This document shows, one piece after another, positions 24,711 to 34,909 of a DNA stretch of 40,000 nucleotides. The notes beneath the pieces are model-generated. The model was not told the origin of the DNA and searched no databases. It worked only from the letters and a program-made list of their open reading frames with translations. Location of the stretch: positions 1,173,357-1,213,356 of the forward strand of contig CAWAAC010000009.1 in the NCBI GenBank assembly GCA_963779935.1, read 5' to 3'. This stretch comes from an uncultured Chloroflexia bacterium (lineage in GTDB: Bacteria > Chloroflexota > Anaerolineae > Anaerolineales > Villigracilaceae). A program made the position numbers and the translations under genes. Numbering within the stretch: the stretch's first letter is position 1; each line of letters begins with the position of its first letter.

Positions 24711-27700
24711 ATGCAACGCCGACTCCTGGAACTCGCCCGTGACAGTCGCCTGGCCCTGACGGCCACCATCCTGACCGGATTCCTGGCCGGCTTATTGACT
24801 ATTGAACAGGCATCGGCGCTCAGCCAGGTGGTGAATCGGGTATTCCTGGGTGGGCAGTCCCTTCCGGACGTGGCAGCCCTTTTCCAAATACTCCTGATCG
24901 TCGTTTTTTTGCGGGCAATCCTGGCCTGGGGTAGCGAAGTTAGCGCCAACGCCGTGGCTGTGCGGGTCAAAAGCGACCTGCGTCAGCGCTTGTTCGATAA
25001 GATATTGCGGCTCGGTCCGGCCTACACGCGGGCCGAACGCACCGGCGAACTGGTTAACGCTGCAGTGGAAGGGGTGGAGGCGCTGGATGCCTATTTCAGC
25101 CAGTACCTGCCGCAACTGGTGCTTGCTGCACTGGTCCCTTTATGCATTTTGTTTTTTGTTTTCCCTGAGGATCCGCTTTCCGGGCTGATCCTGCTGCTTA
25201 CCGCGCCACTGATCCCGGTCTTCATGTATCTGATCGGCAAAACTGCTGAAGCACTGACCAAGCGCCAGTGGGATACGCTCAGCCGCCTGAGCGCACATTT
25301 CTTCGACAGCCTGCAGGGTCTTACCACGCTCAAGGAACTGGGCCAGAGCAAAGCGCATGCCCAATCCATTGCGGATGCCAGCAATCGCTTCCGCGACATT
25401 ACACTGGATGTGCTGCGGGTTACATTCCTATCTGCACTGGTGCTCGAACTGGTTGCCACGGTCAGCACGGCCCTCGTGGCGGTGGAAGTGGGACTGCGTT
25501 TGCTCTACGGCCAGATGGCTTTCCAGCCGGCGCTGTTCCTGCTGCTGCTGGCGCCGGAGTTCTATATCCCGCTGCGCATGCTCGGCCTGCGTTTCCACGC
25601 CGGCATGTCTGGCACGACTGCTGCCCGGCGGATCTTTGAGATTTTGGATATCAGTGAGCTGGGAGAAGAGAACCGAGAACAGGACAATGAGAGCAGTCAT
25701 TCGATGGACTCCGATAATTCGCCGTTCTCTACTCTCTCATTAACTGCTCTCTCCTACACCTATCCTTCTGAAGCCGAACCCGCCCTGCAGGATTTTTCGT
25801 TGAAGATTCAATCCGGGGAACATATTGCCCTGGTTGGCTCAAGCGGGGCGGGCAAGTCCACCCTGGTGGCGCTGCTATTGCGTTTTATCGAACCCCAGGC
25901 CGGCCAATTGACCATTAACGGGCAAACTTCCACGGGAATTCCGCTCGCAGCCTGGTGCAGCCAGTTTGCCTGGGTACCGCAGAATCCCTTTCTTTTCCAC
26001 GATACTGTCGCAGCCAACCTGCGCCTGGCCAGGCCGGAAGCCAGTGGCGAGGAACTGGCTGCGGCGCTGCGTTTGGCGCATCTGGATGAATTTATCCAAT
26101 CCCTGCCGGATGGAGTTGAAACTCAGATCGGTGAAGAAGGCGCACGCCTGAGCGCCGGACAGGCCCAGCGGCTGGCCCTGGCGCGTGCTTTCCTTAAGGA
26201 TGCCCCCATCCTTATCCTGGATGAACCGACTTCCAGTCTCGATCCCGAACAGGAGCAACTGGTGGAAGATTCATTGCAAGCACTGGTGGTTAACCGGCTG
26301 ACTGGCGTTGCCAGCCCTCGCACCGTCATCACCATCGCCCACCGCCTCAACACCGTTTTCCAGGCCGATAAAATCATTGTCCTGGAACATGGCCGCCTGG
26401 TTGAAACAGGCACGCATTTCGAACTTCTGGCGCAAGGGGGAGTATATGCAAAGATGGTTGGGGGCAAGAGCGAAAAAGTTTTGTCCCCAGGTATTCAGGC
26501 AGAGAAACAAGAAACGAGTAATGAGTTCCTGGAAGAGCAGGTTTCTTCGCGAGAACTCGTTTCGCATTTCTCGTTCTCTCATCCCTTCCTGCGCCTTTTA
26601 TCCTTCCTGCGCGGCTCCTGGGGCTGGGTGTCCCTTTCGGTATTGCTGGGTGCCCTGACGGTCGGCAGCAACGTTGGCCTGATGGGCACCTCTGCCTTCC
26701 TGATCTCGGCGGCTGCGCTGCATCCAGAATTGGGCACGCTGGAAGTCGCGATTGTTGGTGTACGCTTCTTCGGGATTGCCCGCGGTGGCTTTCGCTATGC
26801 CGAGCGTCTGACCTCTCACAACGTGACCTTCCGTTTGCTGGCACGCCTGCGCACCTGGTTTTACCAAAAACTTGAGCCGCTCGCCCCGGCCCGTTTGATG
26901 CAGTACCGCTCCGGCGACTTGCTCAGCCGGATTGTCGCGGATGTGGATACGCTCGAAAATTTTTACGTGCGCGTGGTTTCCCCCTCGTTGGTGGCTGTGG
27001 TGATCGCGGCCGGTATGACGGTTTTCTTCGGGCAGTATTCTGCCGGGCTGGCCTGGACTTACCTGGCTTTCATGCTCCTGCTTGGCCTGGGCGTTCCCCT
27101 CCTGGCCGCCGCCCTCAGCCGCAGTCTTGGTGCGCAACTGGTTTCACGGCGCGCGGCCCTGCAGGCTCGCCTGGTGGATGGCATTCAGGGTCTGGCCGAC
27201 CTGCTGGCTTTTGGAGGCGGCACGGATTATGCTGAGCGCCTGCGTGTGGATGGAAAGGTTTATGGTCAAACCCAGCGCAACTTGGCGGCCCTGACCGGGC
27301 TTTCCAGTGGATTGACCGTCCTGCTGGTCAACCTGGGCATGCTGGCAGTGCTGGTTCTGACCATTCCGATGATAGTCGCCGGCCGGATTCCCGGGGTTAT
27401 GCTGGCTGTGCTTGTTTTGGCTGCCTCGGCCGGGTTCGAAGCCGTCATGCCGCTGCCTTTGGCCGCGCAAACGCTTTCTTCCAGCGCACAGGCCGCCCGG
27501 CGCTTGTTCGAGATTGTGGATGCGCAGCCGGCAGTCAGCGATCCACCATCCGTACTCAGCAATCGGAGGGAAGGGCAGCCGGGGACAGGAGTGCCGCCTT
27601 CGCTGGAATTCTCACAGGTGAACTTTGCTTATCCGGGCAGCCGGGAGGCTGCCCTGCAGGGAATTGATTTCAGCCTGGCCCCCGGCGAGCGCATAGCCAT

Positions 27701-28334
27701 CGTCGGCCCGAGCGGAGCCGGAAAATCCACCCTGGCCAACCTGATACTGCGCTTCTGGGATTACACCGAGGGCCAAATCCGATTGGCTGGTCGCGACCTG
27801 CATGCCTGGCCCCAGGAGCAGGTCCGCCGTCAGATCGGAGTCCTCTCCCAGCGCACCTGGTTCTTCAACGACACGCTCCGAAGAAACCTCTTGCTGGCGC
27901 GGCCCTCCGCCAGCCCGGCAGAGATCGAGCAGGCTGCAGGGCGTGCGCAAATTCACGATTTTATCCTTGGGCTGCCAAAAGGCTACGAGACGGTCGTTGG
28001 CGAACGCGGCGTGCGCCTGAGCGGGGGGGAACGCCAGCGCCTGGCGATTGCGCGGCTCTTATTGCAGGATGCTCCCATCTTCCTGCTGGATGAACCGACA
28101 GCCAACCTCGACCCGCTGACTGAGCGCGGCATTCTGGATGAGCTCTTTTCCCTGGCGGACGGTCACTCCCTTCTGCTTATCACGCATCGCCTGATCGGGT
28201 TGGAAGCCATGGATGAGATCCTGGTGCTGGAGCATGGCCGCATTCTCGAGCGCGGCACGCAGGCTGAATTGCTGGCGCGCGCCGGGCTCTACCGGCGTTT
28301 ATGGGATTTGCAAAATAGGCTGCTGGCGGTATGA
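24711..28334 (+). CDS. cydDC: Fused CydD-CydC type ABC transporter (two TMD-NBD halves in one 1207-aa polypeptide)
   Basis: Two Walker A sites (GSSGAGKST, GPSGAGKST). Two ABC signatures (LSAGQAQRLALARA, LSGGERQRLAIARL). Two Walker B sites (ILILDEPT, IFLLDEPT). Each NBD is preceded by a six-helix-type TMD. The gene lies downstream of cydAB. Confidence 0.85.
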   Translation: MQRRLLELARDSRLALTATILTGFLAGLLTIEQASALSQVVNRVFLGGQSLPDVAALFQILLIVVFLRAILAWGSEVSANAVAVRVKSDLRQRLFDKILRLGPAYTRAERTGELVNAAVEGVEALDAYFSQYLPQLVLAALVPLCILFFVFPEDPLSGLILLLTAPLIPVFMYLIGKTAEALTKRQWDTLSRLSAHFFDSLQGLTTLKELGQSKAHAQSIADASNRFRDITLDVLRVTFLSALVLELVATVSTALVAVEVGLRLLYGQMAFQPALFLLLLAPEFYIPLRMLGLRFHAGMSGTTAARRIFEILDISELGEENREQDNESSHSMDSDNSPFSTLSLTALSYTYPSEAEPALQDFSLKIQSGEHIALVGSSGAGKSTLVALLLRFIEPQAGQLTINGQTSTGIPLAAWCSQFAWVPQNPFLFHDTVAANLRLARPEASGEELAAALRLAHLDEFIQSLPDGVETQIGEEGARLSAGQAQRLALARAFLKDAPILILDEPTSSLDPEQEQLVEDSLQALVVNRLTGVASPRTVITIAHRLNTVFQADKIIVLEHGRLVETGTHFELLAQGGVYAKMVGGKSEKVLSPGIQAEKQETSNEFLEEQVSSRELVSHFSFSHPFLRLLSFLRGSWGWVSLSVLLGALTVGSNVGLMGTSAFLISAAALHPELGTLEVAIVGVRFFGIARGGFRYAERLTSHNVTFRLLARLRTWFYQKLEPLAPARLMQYRSGDLLSRIVADVDTLENFYVRVVSPSLVAVVIAAGMTVFFGQYSAGLAWTYLAFMLLLGLGVPLLAAALSRSLGAQLVSRRAALQARLVDGIQGLADLLAFGGGTDYAERLRVDGKVYGQTQRNLAALTGLSSGLTVLLVNLGMLAVLVLTIPMIVAGRIPGVMLAVLVLAASAGFEAVMPLPLAAQTLSSSAQAARRLFEIVDAQPAVSDPPSVLSNRREGQPGTGVPPSLEFSQVNFAYPGSREAALQGIDFSLAPGERIAIVGPSGAGKSTLANLILRFWDYTEGQIRLAGRDLHAWPQEQVRRQIGVLSQRTWFFNDTLRRNLLLARPSASPAEIEQAAGRAQIHDFILGLPKGYETVVGERGVRLSGGERQRLAIARLLLQDAPIFLLDEPTANLDPLTERGILDELFSLADGHSLLLITHRLIGLEAMDEILVLEHGRILERGTQAELLARAGLYRRLWDLQNRLLAV

Positions 28335-28475
28335 CGGCTCAGAATTGAGTTAGAATGCTGGCTTGTTGGCATTGCTGTAAAGTGAGAGACTGGACAAGTT
28401 GCACCTGTTTTTTTTCCCATCCTAAAAAGGCAAAAACAATGCTAAACTTAGAAAATTTTTGCCAAAATTCTCATT

Positions 28476-30473
28476 ATGAATATCAAAACTACCCTATCGA
28501 ACAAGACCCTTCCCTGGCATGTACCGCTGGTAATATTGATCTGTATAAGTCTGCTCCTCGGGGGTATCACCTATCGGGATTACGGGGATAGTACTGACGA
28601 AGCCGGTCTGCGGGAATATGCCAGCCTTTCCCTGGATGCTTATAAACATTTTCCCAATCCCACCTATGTATTTCATAATGTGGGAAATGACATGGTGTAC
28701 TATGGCCCGGCCTTTGTGATGGGGGTGGGGTTGCTCGTTCGAATTTTCCATATACAATCCACGGGAGCAAATGCCAATGACATTTGGCACCTGGCCTTTT
28801 TCATCGGTTTTCTAATCGCAACTGTGTGTGTTTATCTGCTCGCCAGGCGTTGGATGAGCAATTGGTCTTCTTTTGGAATCGCGCTGCTATTTTTAACTCA
28901 ACCTATTCTGTGGGGACATTCCTTCATCAACCCGAAAGATGGCCCTTTCATGGATTTTTTCCTGTTGAGTGTTGTCACAGGCTTGTGGTTGGGCGACAGG
29001 ATCGATCCCACCACGCATGAAATTGGCTGGGCGGGTTGGAGTGCCTGGTTAAATCAATCCTTGCTTCGGATCAAACAAAATTACCATGATCTATCCGGGC
29101 GAACGAAGAAAAAAGCAGGAATTCTAAGTTTGCTATTCTTATTATCGATCGTAGTCCTGACTGTTTTTAAACAGGGATTGGATAATGGGATCGCCATGCT
29201 TGTCCGGAGCGCTTATTCGGATCAACCTACCAACCTTCTCGGCGGCATTTTTTCAAAAATTGCCCATCATAAAGGCACCTTACCGATCGATAATTATATA
29301 CACAAGGCCCAACTGCTTTTTTCTTATCTTCAATCTCCATATTTCATCCTTGGACTGCTATTTATTCTCTGGCTTTACCGGGGTTGCCTGCCCTGGTCGG
29401 TGCATATTCCATCCCGGAAGTCGACCTTATCCTTCCTAAAAAAGACCGGGCTGGCTATTGCAACTCCTTCCGTGCTGGTGGCAGGCATTGTCTTGGGCCT
29501 GACCACATCGATCAGGGTCGTAGCCCCCCTGGCAGGTCTCATGGCCGTCTTATATGCAGTATGGAAAAAGGGGAAAAGTGCGCTGCCTGCCCTGGTGGCA
29601 TACGCATTCATCGCACTTGTTGTCATGTATTCCACCTGGCCATTCTTATGGGCCGATCCGATCCATCGTTTCATTGATAGCCTCCAAATAATGTCGAATT
29701 TTCCCTGGACCGGACAGGTCCTGTTCAACGGCAAAATGTACTTCTCTACTTCCCTGCCCTGGTTTTTTCTACCCGAATTACTGGGGATTCAATTCACCGA
29801 GCCGGTCATCCTTTTGTTTGCCATTGGTTTGGTAATTTCCATATACAAATTTGCGCGTAAGCAGAATTTCATCTTCGCGCTTGCTTTCATCTGGTTTATT
29901 CTTCCGCTTGCATCCCTTGTCCTTACCCATCGACCGATGTATGATAATTTTCGCCAGATCCTTTTTCTGATCCCCCCAATTTTCCTGCTGGCTGGAATTG
30001 CCCTGGATGCCATTTTTCAATTTGCTAGAAAATGGTGGGTAAGGTCAATCCTTCTTTTTATCTTAGTATTGCCAGGCATCTACTGGTGTTGGAATCTCCA
30101 TCCCTATGAATACATTTACTACAACAGTCTGGTCGGCAATATAGAAGGCGCCAAAAATAGATTTGACCTGGATTATTGGATGACCTCCTTTCGTGAAACC
30201 ACGCTTTTCCTGAATCAGACAGCACCCCCAAACGAAAAGGTGATCGTTTGGGGCTACGATAGTTTGGTTAAACCTTATGCACGGCAGGATCTAACGATCG
30301 AACCAAACTCAGGCGGTTGGTCCTCTCTTATAGGCAAATTTGACTATGCAATTCTGTCTTCACGATATGGCCAAAATGAGCTCTATCCCGATACCACCCC
30401 TGTATTTACTGTTAATCGGGATGGAGCGATCCTGGCAGTCGTGAAACACCTTAGCAGTTTTTCCACACCATAG
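28476..30473 (+). CDS. Large polytopic membrane protein, GT-C fold (ArnT/PMT, GT39/83-like) glycosyltransferase candidate
   Basis: 665 aa with more than 10 hydrophobic helices. An acidic first-loop motif (YRDYGDSTDEAG) sits where GT-C enzymes carry their DE/DD motif. The C-terminal domain of about 120 aa is soluble. Family assignment is by pattern only. Confidence 0.45.
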   Translation: MNIKTTLSNKTLPWHVPLVILICISLLLGGITYRDYGDSTDEAGLREYASLSLDAYKHFPNPTYVFHNVGNDMVYYGPAFVMGVGLLVRIFHIQSTGANANDIWHLAFFIGFLIATVCVYLLARRWMSNWSSFGIALLFLTQPILWGHSFINPKDGPFMDFFLLSVVTGLWLGDRIDPTTHEIGWAGWSAWLNQSLLRIKQNYHDLSGRTKKKAGILSLLFLLSIVVLTVFKQGLDNGIAMLVRSAYSDQPTNLLGGIFSKIAHHKGTLPIDNYIHKAQLLFSYLQSPYFILGLLFILWLYRGCLPWSVHIPSRKSTLSFLKKTGLAIATPSVLVAGIVLGLTTSIRVVAPLAGLMAVLYAVWKKGKSALPALVAYAFIALVVMYSTWPFLWADPIHRFIDSLQIMSNFPWTGQVLFNGKMYFSTSLPWFFLPELLGIQFTEPVILLFAIGLVISIYKFARKQNFIFALAFIWFILPLASLVLTHRPMYDNFRQILFLIPPIFLLAGIALDAIFQFARKWWVRSILLFILVLPGIYWCWNLHPYEYIYYNSLVGNIEGAKNRFDLDYWMTSFRETTLFLNQTAPPNEKVIVWGYDSLVKPYARQDLTIEPNSGGWSSLIGKFDYAILSSRYGQNELYPDTTPVFTVNRDGAILAVVKHLSSFSTP

Positions 30474-30518
30474 CTCTTCCCATCAAATCATTGTCGATTA
30501 TCTTCCCTGAGGATCCAT

Positions 30519-32231
30519 ATGATCGCGAGCCTGTTGATCTGGGGTTACATTATCATCTTTTCATTTATCTATGGTGCGACTTTCCTTGAGGCGCTCCAGC
30601 ATTTATTCAATCCAGGCCAGGACCTTGAGGATACACCGAAAGCATTGACCGCCCTGCTTGGCCTGGGTTGCATCACCATTCTAGCCTGCTTGCTTTCATT
30701 ATTCATTAAATTGGGTTGGTTGGCGCAATCCATATTCTTTTTTGGAGGGATCCTGCTGGGTGTGCGGATATTGAGAACAAATCGCCAATTATTCCAGGGT
30801 AAACGGGCCTCCATTCCATGGCTGTTGATCTTGCTCGCCATCCTCGTTCTTCTCACCACGCTCGAAAATGGCAGCCACGGCACTTCCAATCCGGATACCG
30901 GCATTTATCACGCACAGGCGATCAAATGGATCGAGACCTATCCCGCAGTTCCGGGCCTGGGGAATCTGCATTCACGTTTTGCTTACAACTCCAGCTGGTT
31001 GGTGGCCAATGCATTTTTTAGTTTTTCATTCCTGGGACTGCGTTCATTTCATGTCCTGCCGGGTGCATTCCTGGTAATGGTATTGATTTACCTGTTAGGG
31101 GGAACGTATCGGTTACTCAAAGGCCACATTACCATCACAGATGTCTTAAAAACCCTGCTCATTCCTCTAATTTTCTACACCCTGCGAATACAAATCTCAT
31201 CCCCGGGAACAGATTTTCCCGTTCAGGTATGGATGTGGGTTGTAATTGCATTATGGCTGGAATCGATCGAAATTAAACCAAATGAAGCAGGCAGACCGAT
31301 CCAGGTGGAAGAGATCTTGATATTTATTTTTTCAATATTCCTGGTTACCGTCAAACTTTCCAGTGCGCCTTTATTACTGTTACCTTTGTTCATTTTCATC
31401 AGGCAGATCCGAAGAAAGGCAGTGAATGCGTTCAAATTAGTGCTTGTGGCTCTCATCATTTTGGCTCCATGGTTTGCCCGTAATTTGATCCTCTCCGGAT
31501 ATTGGATCTACCCGGCGCCGTTCCTGGTTAATTTAAGTCCCAATTGGGATTGGAAGATTCCGCTCAACAATGTTATTGGGGAGGCAAGATCGATCCAGGC
31601 CTGGGCGCGCATTCCCGGAGTGGATACAGATAAAGTCCTTGCCATGCCCCTGCGAAGCTGGTTGAAGGAATGGTTCGAAAATCTTACCAAGTATCAGAAG
31701 GCGGTTGTTCTTGGCGCGGCCTTTTCTCCGATCCTGTTTGCCGTATCTGCATTAACCTGGCTGCGCCGAAAAAAATTCACTGGCTCTTATATCTATATGT
31801 ATGTAGTTGGTTATATCGGCTTGATTTTCTGGTTTTATGAAGCTCCCGACATCCGCTTCGGGTATGGCGTGCTTGCATCAACCGTCTTGCTGGCCGGTAC
31901 GCCATTGCTGGCCTGGATCCTTCAAAAAGTCCCCATGCAAAAATATGTTATTTTCGGTTTGATCGTGTTAATAACCCTTTACCAGGCGGCGGTATTCTTC
32001 AATTCGATCGAGGTTAAAACGCTTGAATCCCGCATCGTCCTCCCGACCGATTATGCGGGTTTACCGACGGTTCCATGTTCCATCCATGGAATGAAACTAT
32101 TGTGCGCCGAATATTATAACGAATGTGATTATGGACCCTTCCCCTGTATCCCACCGGGTAGTGCCAGCAAAAATGTCGAAATGCGGGGAGCTTCTCTGGG
32201 GGATGGTTTTCGATATCTTAACAATCCATAA
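30519..32231 (+). CDS. Large polytopic membrane protein of unknown function with a Cys-rich C-terminal tail
   Basis: 570 aa with many TM helices. Conserved-looking loop NPDTGIYHAQAIKWIETYPAVPGLGNLHSRFAYNSSW. C-terminal tail CSIHGMKLLCAEYYNECDYGPFPCIPP. It starts 45 nt after the previous gene and shares its AT-richer composition. Confidence 0.5.
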   Translation: MIASLLIWGYIIIFSFIYGATFLEALQHLFNPGQDLEDTPKALTALLGLGCITILACLLSLFIKLGWLAQSIFFFGGILLGVRILRTNRQLFQGKRASIPWLLILLAILVLLTTLENGSHGTSNPDTGIYHAQAIKWIETYPAVPGLGNLHSRFAYNSSWLVANAFFSFSFLGLRSFHVLPGAFLVMVLIYLLGGTYRLLKGHITITDVLKTLLIPLIFYTLRIQISSPGTDFPVQVWMWVVIALWLESIEIKPNEAGRPIQVEEILIFIFSIFLVTVKLSSAPLLLLPLFIFIRQIRRKAVNAFKLVLVALIILAPWFARNLILSGYWIYPAPFLVNLSPNWDWKIPLNNVIGEARSIQAWARIPGVDTDKVLAMPLRSWLKEWFENLTKYQKAVVLGAAFSPILFAVSALTWLRRKKFTGSYIYMYVVGYIGLIFWFYEAPDIRFGYGVLASTVLLAGTPLLAWILQKVPMQKYVIFGLIVLITLYQAAVFFNSIEVKTLESRIVLPTDYAGLPTVPCSIHGMKLLCAEYYNECDYGPFPCIPPGSASKNVEMRGASLGDGFRYLNNP

Positions 32232-32324
32232 CCCTCTGGCGTAGATCGAGTGATTACTTGTTCCTAATTACAAATCCCGAATCCTCAATGTAAAATCATC
32301 AATCCAAAATCCTTATTCCACTGC

Positions 32325-32353
32325 TTGCGCCTCTCAACCATGCGTGCTATAAT
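32325..32353 (+). promoter_or_regulatory. Sigma-70-type promoter for rho
   Basis: TTGCGC (32325-32330), a 17-nt spacer, then TATAAT (32348-32353). This predicts a leader of about 160 nt before the ATG at 32519. Confidence 0.55.
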
Positions 32354-32518
32354 TGTCTTCGACGTTTGGCTTGGATCATCCCCATTAAGATGACAAGTTG
32401 ATTTTTTTTGAGCCCTTACCCTTCCCCCTAAAAATCGAATAACCAAACAAGCCTGGACTGGGGGGCTTGTCCTTTTCCATATCCCTATATTTGCATAGAA
32501 ATATTTTGAGAAAGCCAT

Positions 32519-33796
32519 ATGAACATACTTGAACTGGAAAATAAACCCTTGGCCGAATTGCGCGCAATCGCCAAGGAATTCAACGTGGTTAATGCCAACC
32601 GCCTGAAGAAGGAAGCGCTGATCCTGTCGATCTGCCAGGAGGAGGCTGCCAAGCAGGGCATTGATATGCGCGGCGGCATCCTCGAGATCATGAGCGAAGG
32701 GATTGGTTTCCTGCGCTCGGCCCGTTATAGTATCAGTGAAGACGATGTCTATGTTTCACAGGCACAGCTCAGGCGCTATGAAATGCGATCCGGTGACCTG
32801 GTGATCGGGCACGTTCGCCCGCCGCGCGAGTCGGAGCGGCATTGGGGCCTGATCAAGGTGGAATCGGTCAACGGGATTGACCCGGAGGAGGCCCGTCGGC
32901 GGCCCCGTTTTGAAGACCTTACCCCGATCTTCCCCGACCGCCGCTTTGACCTGGAGACCAAGGGTGATATTCTCTCGACCCGCCTGATCAACCTGATCGT
33001 CCCGATCGGGCGCGGTCAGCGTGGGCTGATCGTCTCGCCGCCCAAAGCCGGTAAAACAACCATTTTGAAACAGATTGCCAATGCCATTTCCACCCAATAT
33101 CCGGATGTACACCTGATGGTTGCCCTGATCGGCGAACGACCGGAGGAAGTGACCGACATGGATCGCTCCGTGGATGCCGAAGTGATCGCTTCCACTTTCG
33201 ACGAACCTGTCACCTCGCATGTGCGCACGGCCGAAATTGCCCTCGATCGCGCCAAACGCTTGACGGAAATTGGCCGGCATGTTGTCATCCTGATGGATTC
33301 CATCACCCGGTTGGCGCGTGCATACAACCTGGTGGTCAACCCCTCCGGACGCACCCTTTCCGGTGGTATGGATCCCTCGGCGTTGTATCCGCCCAAGCAT
33401 TTCTTCGGTGCGGCTCGCAATCTGGAAGAAGGCGGCTCGCTTACCATCATCGCCACCTGCCTGGTCGATACCGGCTCCCGCCTGGATGACGTGGTTTATG
33501 AAGAGTTCAAGGGTACCGGCAACATGGAATTGATCCTGACCCGCAAACTCCAGGAACGCCGCATCTTCCCATCAGTCGATATCGAGCGCTCCTCCACACG
33601 TCGTGAGGATCTATTGCTCGGCCCGGATATCCTGCAGCGTGTTTGGATCATGCGCCGTATGTATATCCAGATGGTTTCCCCGCCTCCACAGGGCGCCGGC
33701 ATGGATAGCTCTGTGGCAACCGAAGCGCTCCTGGGTCGCCTCAGCAAAACCCGCAATAATCAGGAATTTTTGGAAACCTTAACGGAAGGCTTATAA
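32519..33796 (+). CDS. rho: Transcription termination factor Rho
   Basis: N-terminal LELENKPLAELRAIAKEF. RNA-binding OB region GFLRS...DVYVSQAQLRRYEMRSGD. Walker A GRGQRGLIVSPPKAGKTT. 425 aa. Confidence 0.95.
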   Translation: MNILELENKPLAELRAIAKEFNVVNANRLKKEALILSICQEEAAKQGIDMRGGILEIMSEGIGFLRSARYSISEDDVYVSQAQLRRYEMRSGDLVIGHVRPPRESERHWGLIKVESVNGIDPEEARRRPRFEDLTPIFPDRRFDLETKGDILSTRLINLIVPIGRGQRGLIVSPPKAGKTTILKQIANAISTQYPDVHLMVALIGERPEEVTDMDRSVDAEVIASTFDEPVTSHVRTAEIALDRAKRLTEIGRHVVILMDSITRLARAYNLVVNPSGRTLSGGMDPSALYPPKHFFGAARNLEEGGSLTIIATCLVDTGSRLDDVVYEEFKGTGNMELILTRKLQERRIFPSVDIERSSTRREDLLLGPDILQRVWIMRRMYIQMVSPPPQGAGMDSSVATEALLGRLSKTRNNQEFLETLTEGL

Positions 33797-33801
33797 ATTT
33801 T

Positions 33802-34863
33802 ATGGGTAAGAAAACCGGATCCCCCCGCCTGTTTACCGGTATCTCCTGGGGAATAACGATCCTTCTGGTTGCCAGCCTGCTCGGCTTTGGGTTCTGGCGC
33901 ATTTATCCTTCCCTGTCGGTATCAGCAGCCGCCCCAACTACCCGGCAAGCCACCCCAACGGGCAGGAAGGCGCAGGCAGCTTTTTCAACGGAACAAGCTC
34001 CAGGGACCCCCGACGCTACTTTGGATGCCATTGTCCGGCAGGTCTGGCTTAAGACCGACATCACTTCCAATACCACTTACACAGTCAGCAATTATACGGT
34101 CCAGGCCGGGGATGCATTATTCAGTATTGCAGCACAGTACAAAATCAAACCTGAAACGCTCCTGTGGGCCAATAATGATATCTTAAATGGGTCCCCCGAT
34201 AGCCTGCGGATCGGACAGGTGCTTAAAGTGCCACCGGTGGATGGCGTCTATTACCAGGTCCAGGCGGGCGATACACTTGCATCCATTGCACAAAAGTTTT
34301 CAGGCAACCTGGATGATATCCTGAACTGGCCTGGCAACAGTATTGACCTGACCACCCAGCAGGTCAATCCCGGCGATTACGTGATGGTCCCGGGCGGGCA
34401 CGAAAAAGTGGTGGTTTGGGTCGTTCCGAGCGTGGTAAGCAGTGGTGCATTAAACAAAGCTGGCAATCCCTGTGGCGCCGGGCCGATTGGGAACGGCTTT
34501 ATTTGGCCCACTGGCAACCATTATCTTTCCGGCAATAATTTCTGGTCGGGCCATCCCGGCATCGATATCGCGGCCGGTCTGGGCGCTCCGGTTTGGGCCG
34601 CTGCGGCCGGTACCGTCACCATTGCCCAGGGCGGTTGGAATGGTGGCTATGGAAACGTGGTCATGATCGACCATAACAACGGCTATCTGACGGTATATGG
34701 CCACTTGAGCCAGATCAATGTTTCAGCCTGTGAGAGTGTCTCCGCTGGAACCGGGATTGGTCTGGCTGGCAGCACCGGTAACTCCACCGGACCGCACTTG
34801 CATTTCGAAATACGCCAGAACGGTGTGGCAGTTGACCCCTGGTATCTCCTGCCTGCACCGTAA
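33802..34863 (+). CDS. LysM-domain M23 family metallopeptidase (peptidoglycan hydrolase)
   Basis: N-terminal TM anchor. Two LysM repeats (YTVQAGDALFSIAAQY, YQVQAGDTLASIAQKF). M23 motifs HPGIDIAA and GSTGNSTGPHLHFEI. Confidence 0.85.
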   Translation: MGKKTGSPRLFTGISWGITILLVASLLGFGFWRIYPSLSVSAAAPTTRQATPTGRKAQAAFSTEQAPGTPDATLDAIVRQVWLKTDITSNTTYTVSNYTVQAGDALFSIAAQYKIKPETLLWANNDILNGSPDSLRIGQVLKVPPVDGVYYQVQAGDTLASIAQKFSGNLDDILNWPGNSIDLTTQQVNPGDYVMVPGGHEKVVVWVVPSVVSSGALNKAGNPCGAGPIGNGFIWPTGNHYLSGNNFWSGHPGIDIAAGLGAPVWAAAAGTVTIAQGGWNGGYGNVVMIDHNNGYLTVYGHLSQINVSACESVSAGTGIGLAGSTGNSTGPHLHFEIRQNGVAVDPWYLLPAP

Positions 34864-34870
34864 AATCATC

Positions 34871-34900
34871 AACCCCGGTTTCATGCAGAAACCGGGGTTT
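34871..34900 (+). terminator. Intrinsic terminator-like hairpin
   Basis: aaccccggtttc / gaaaccggggtt, 12-bp arms and a 5-nt loop, followed by a short T-containing tail. Confidence 0.6.
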
Positions 34901-34909
34901 GTATAAAAC

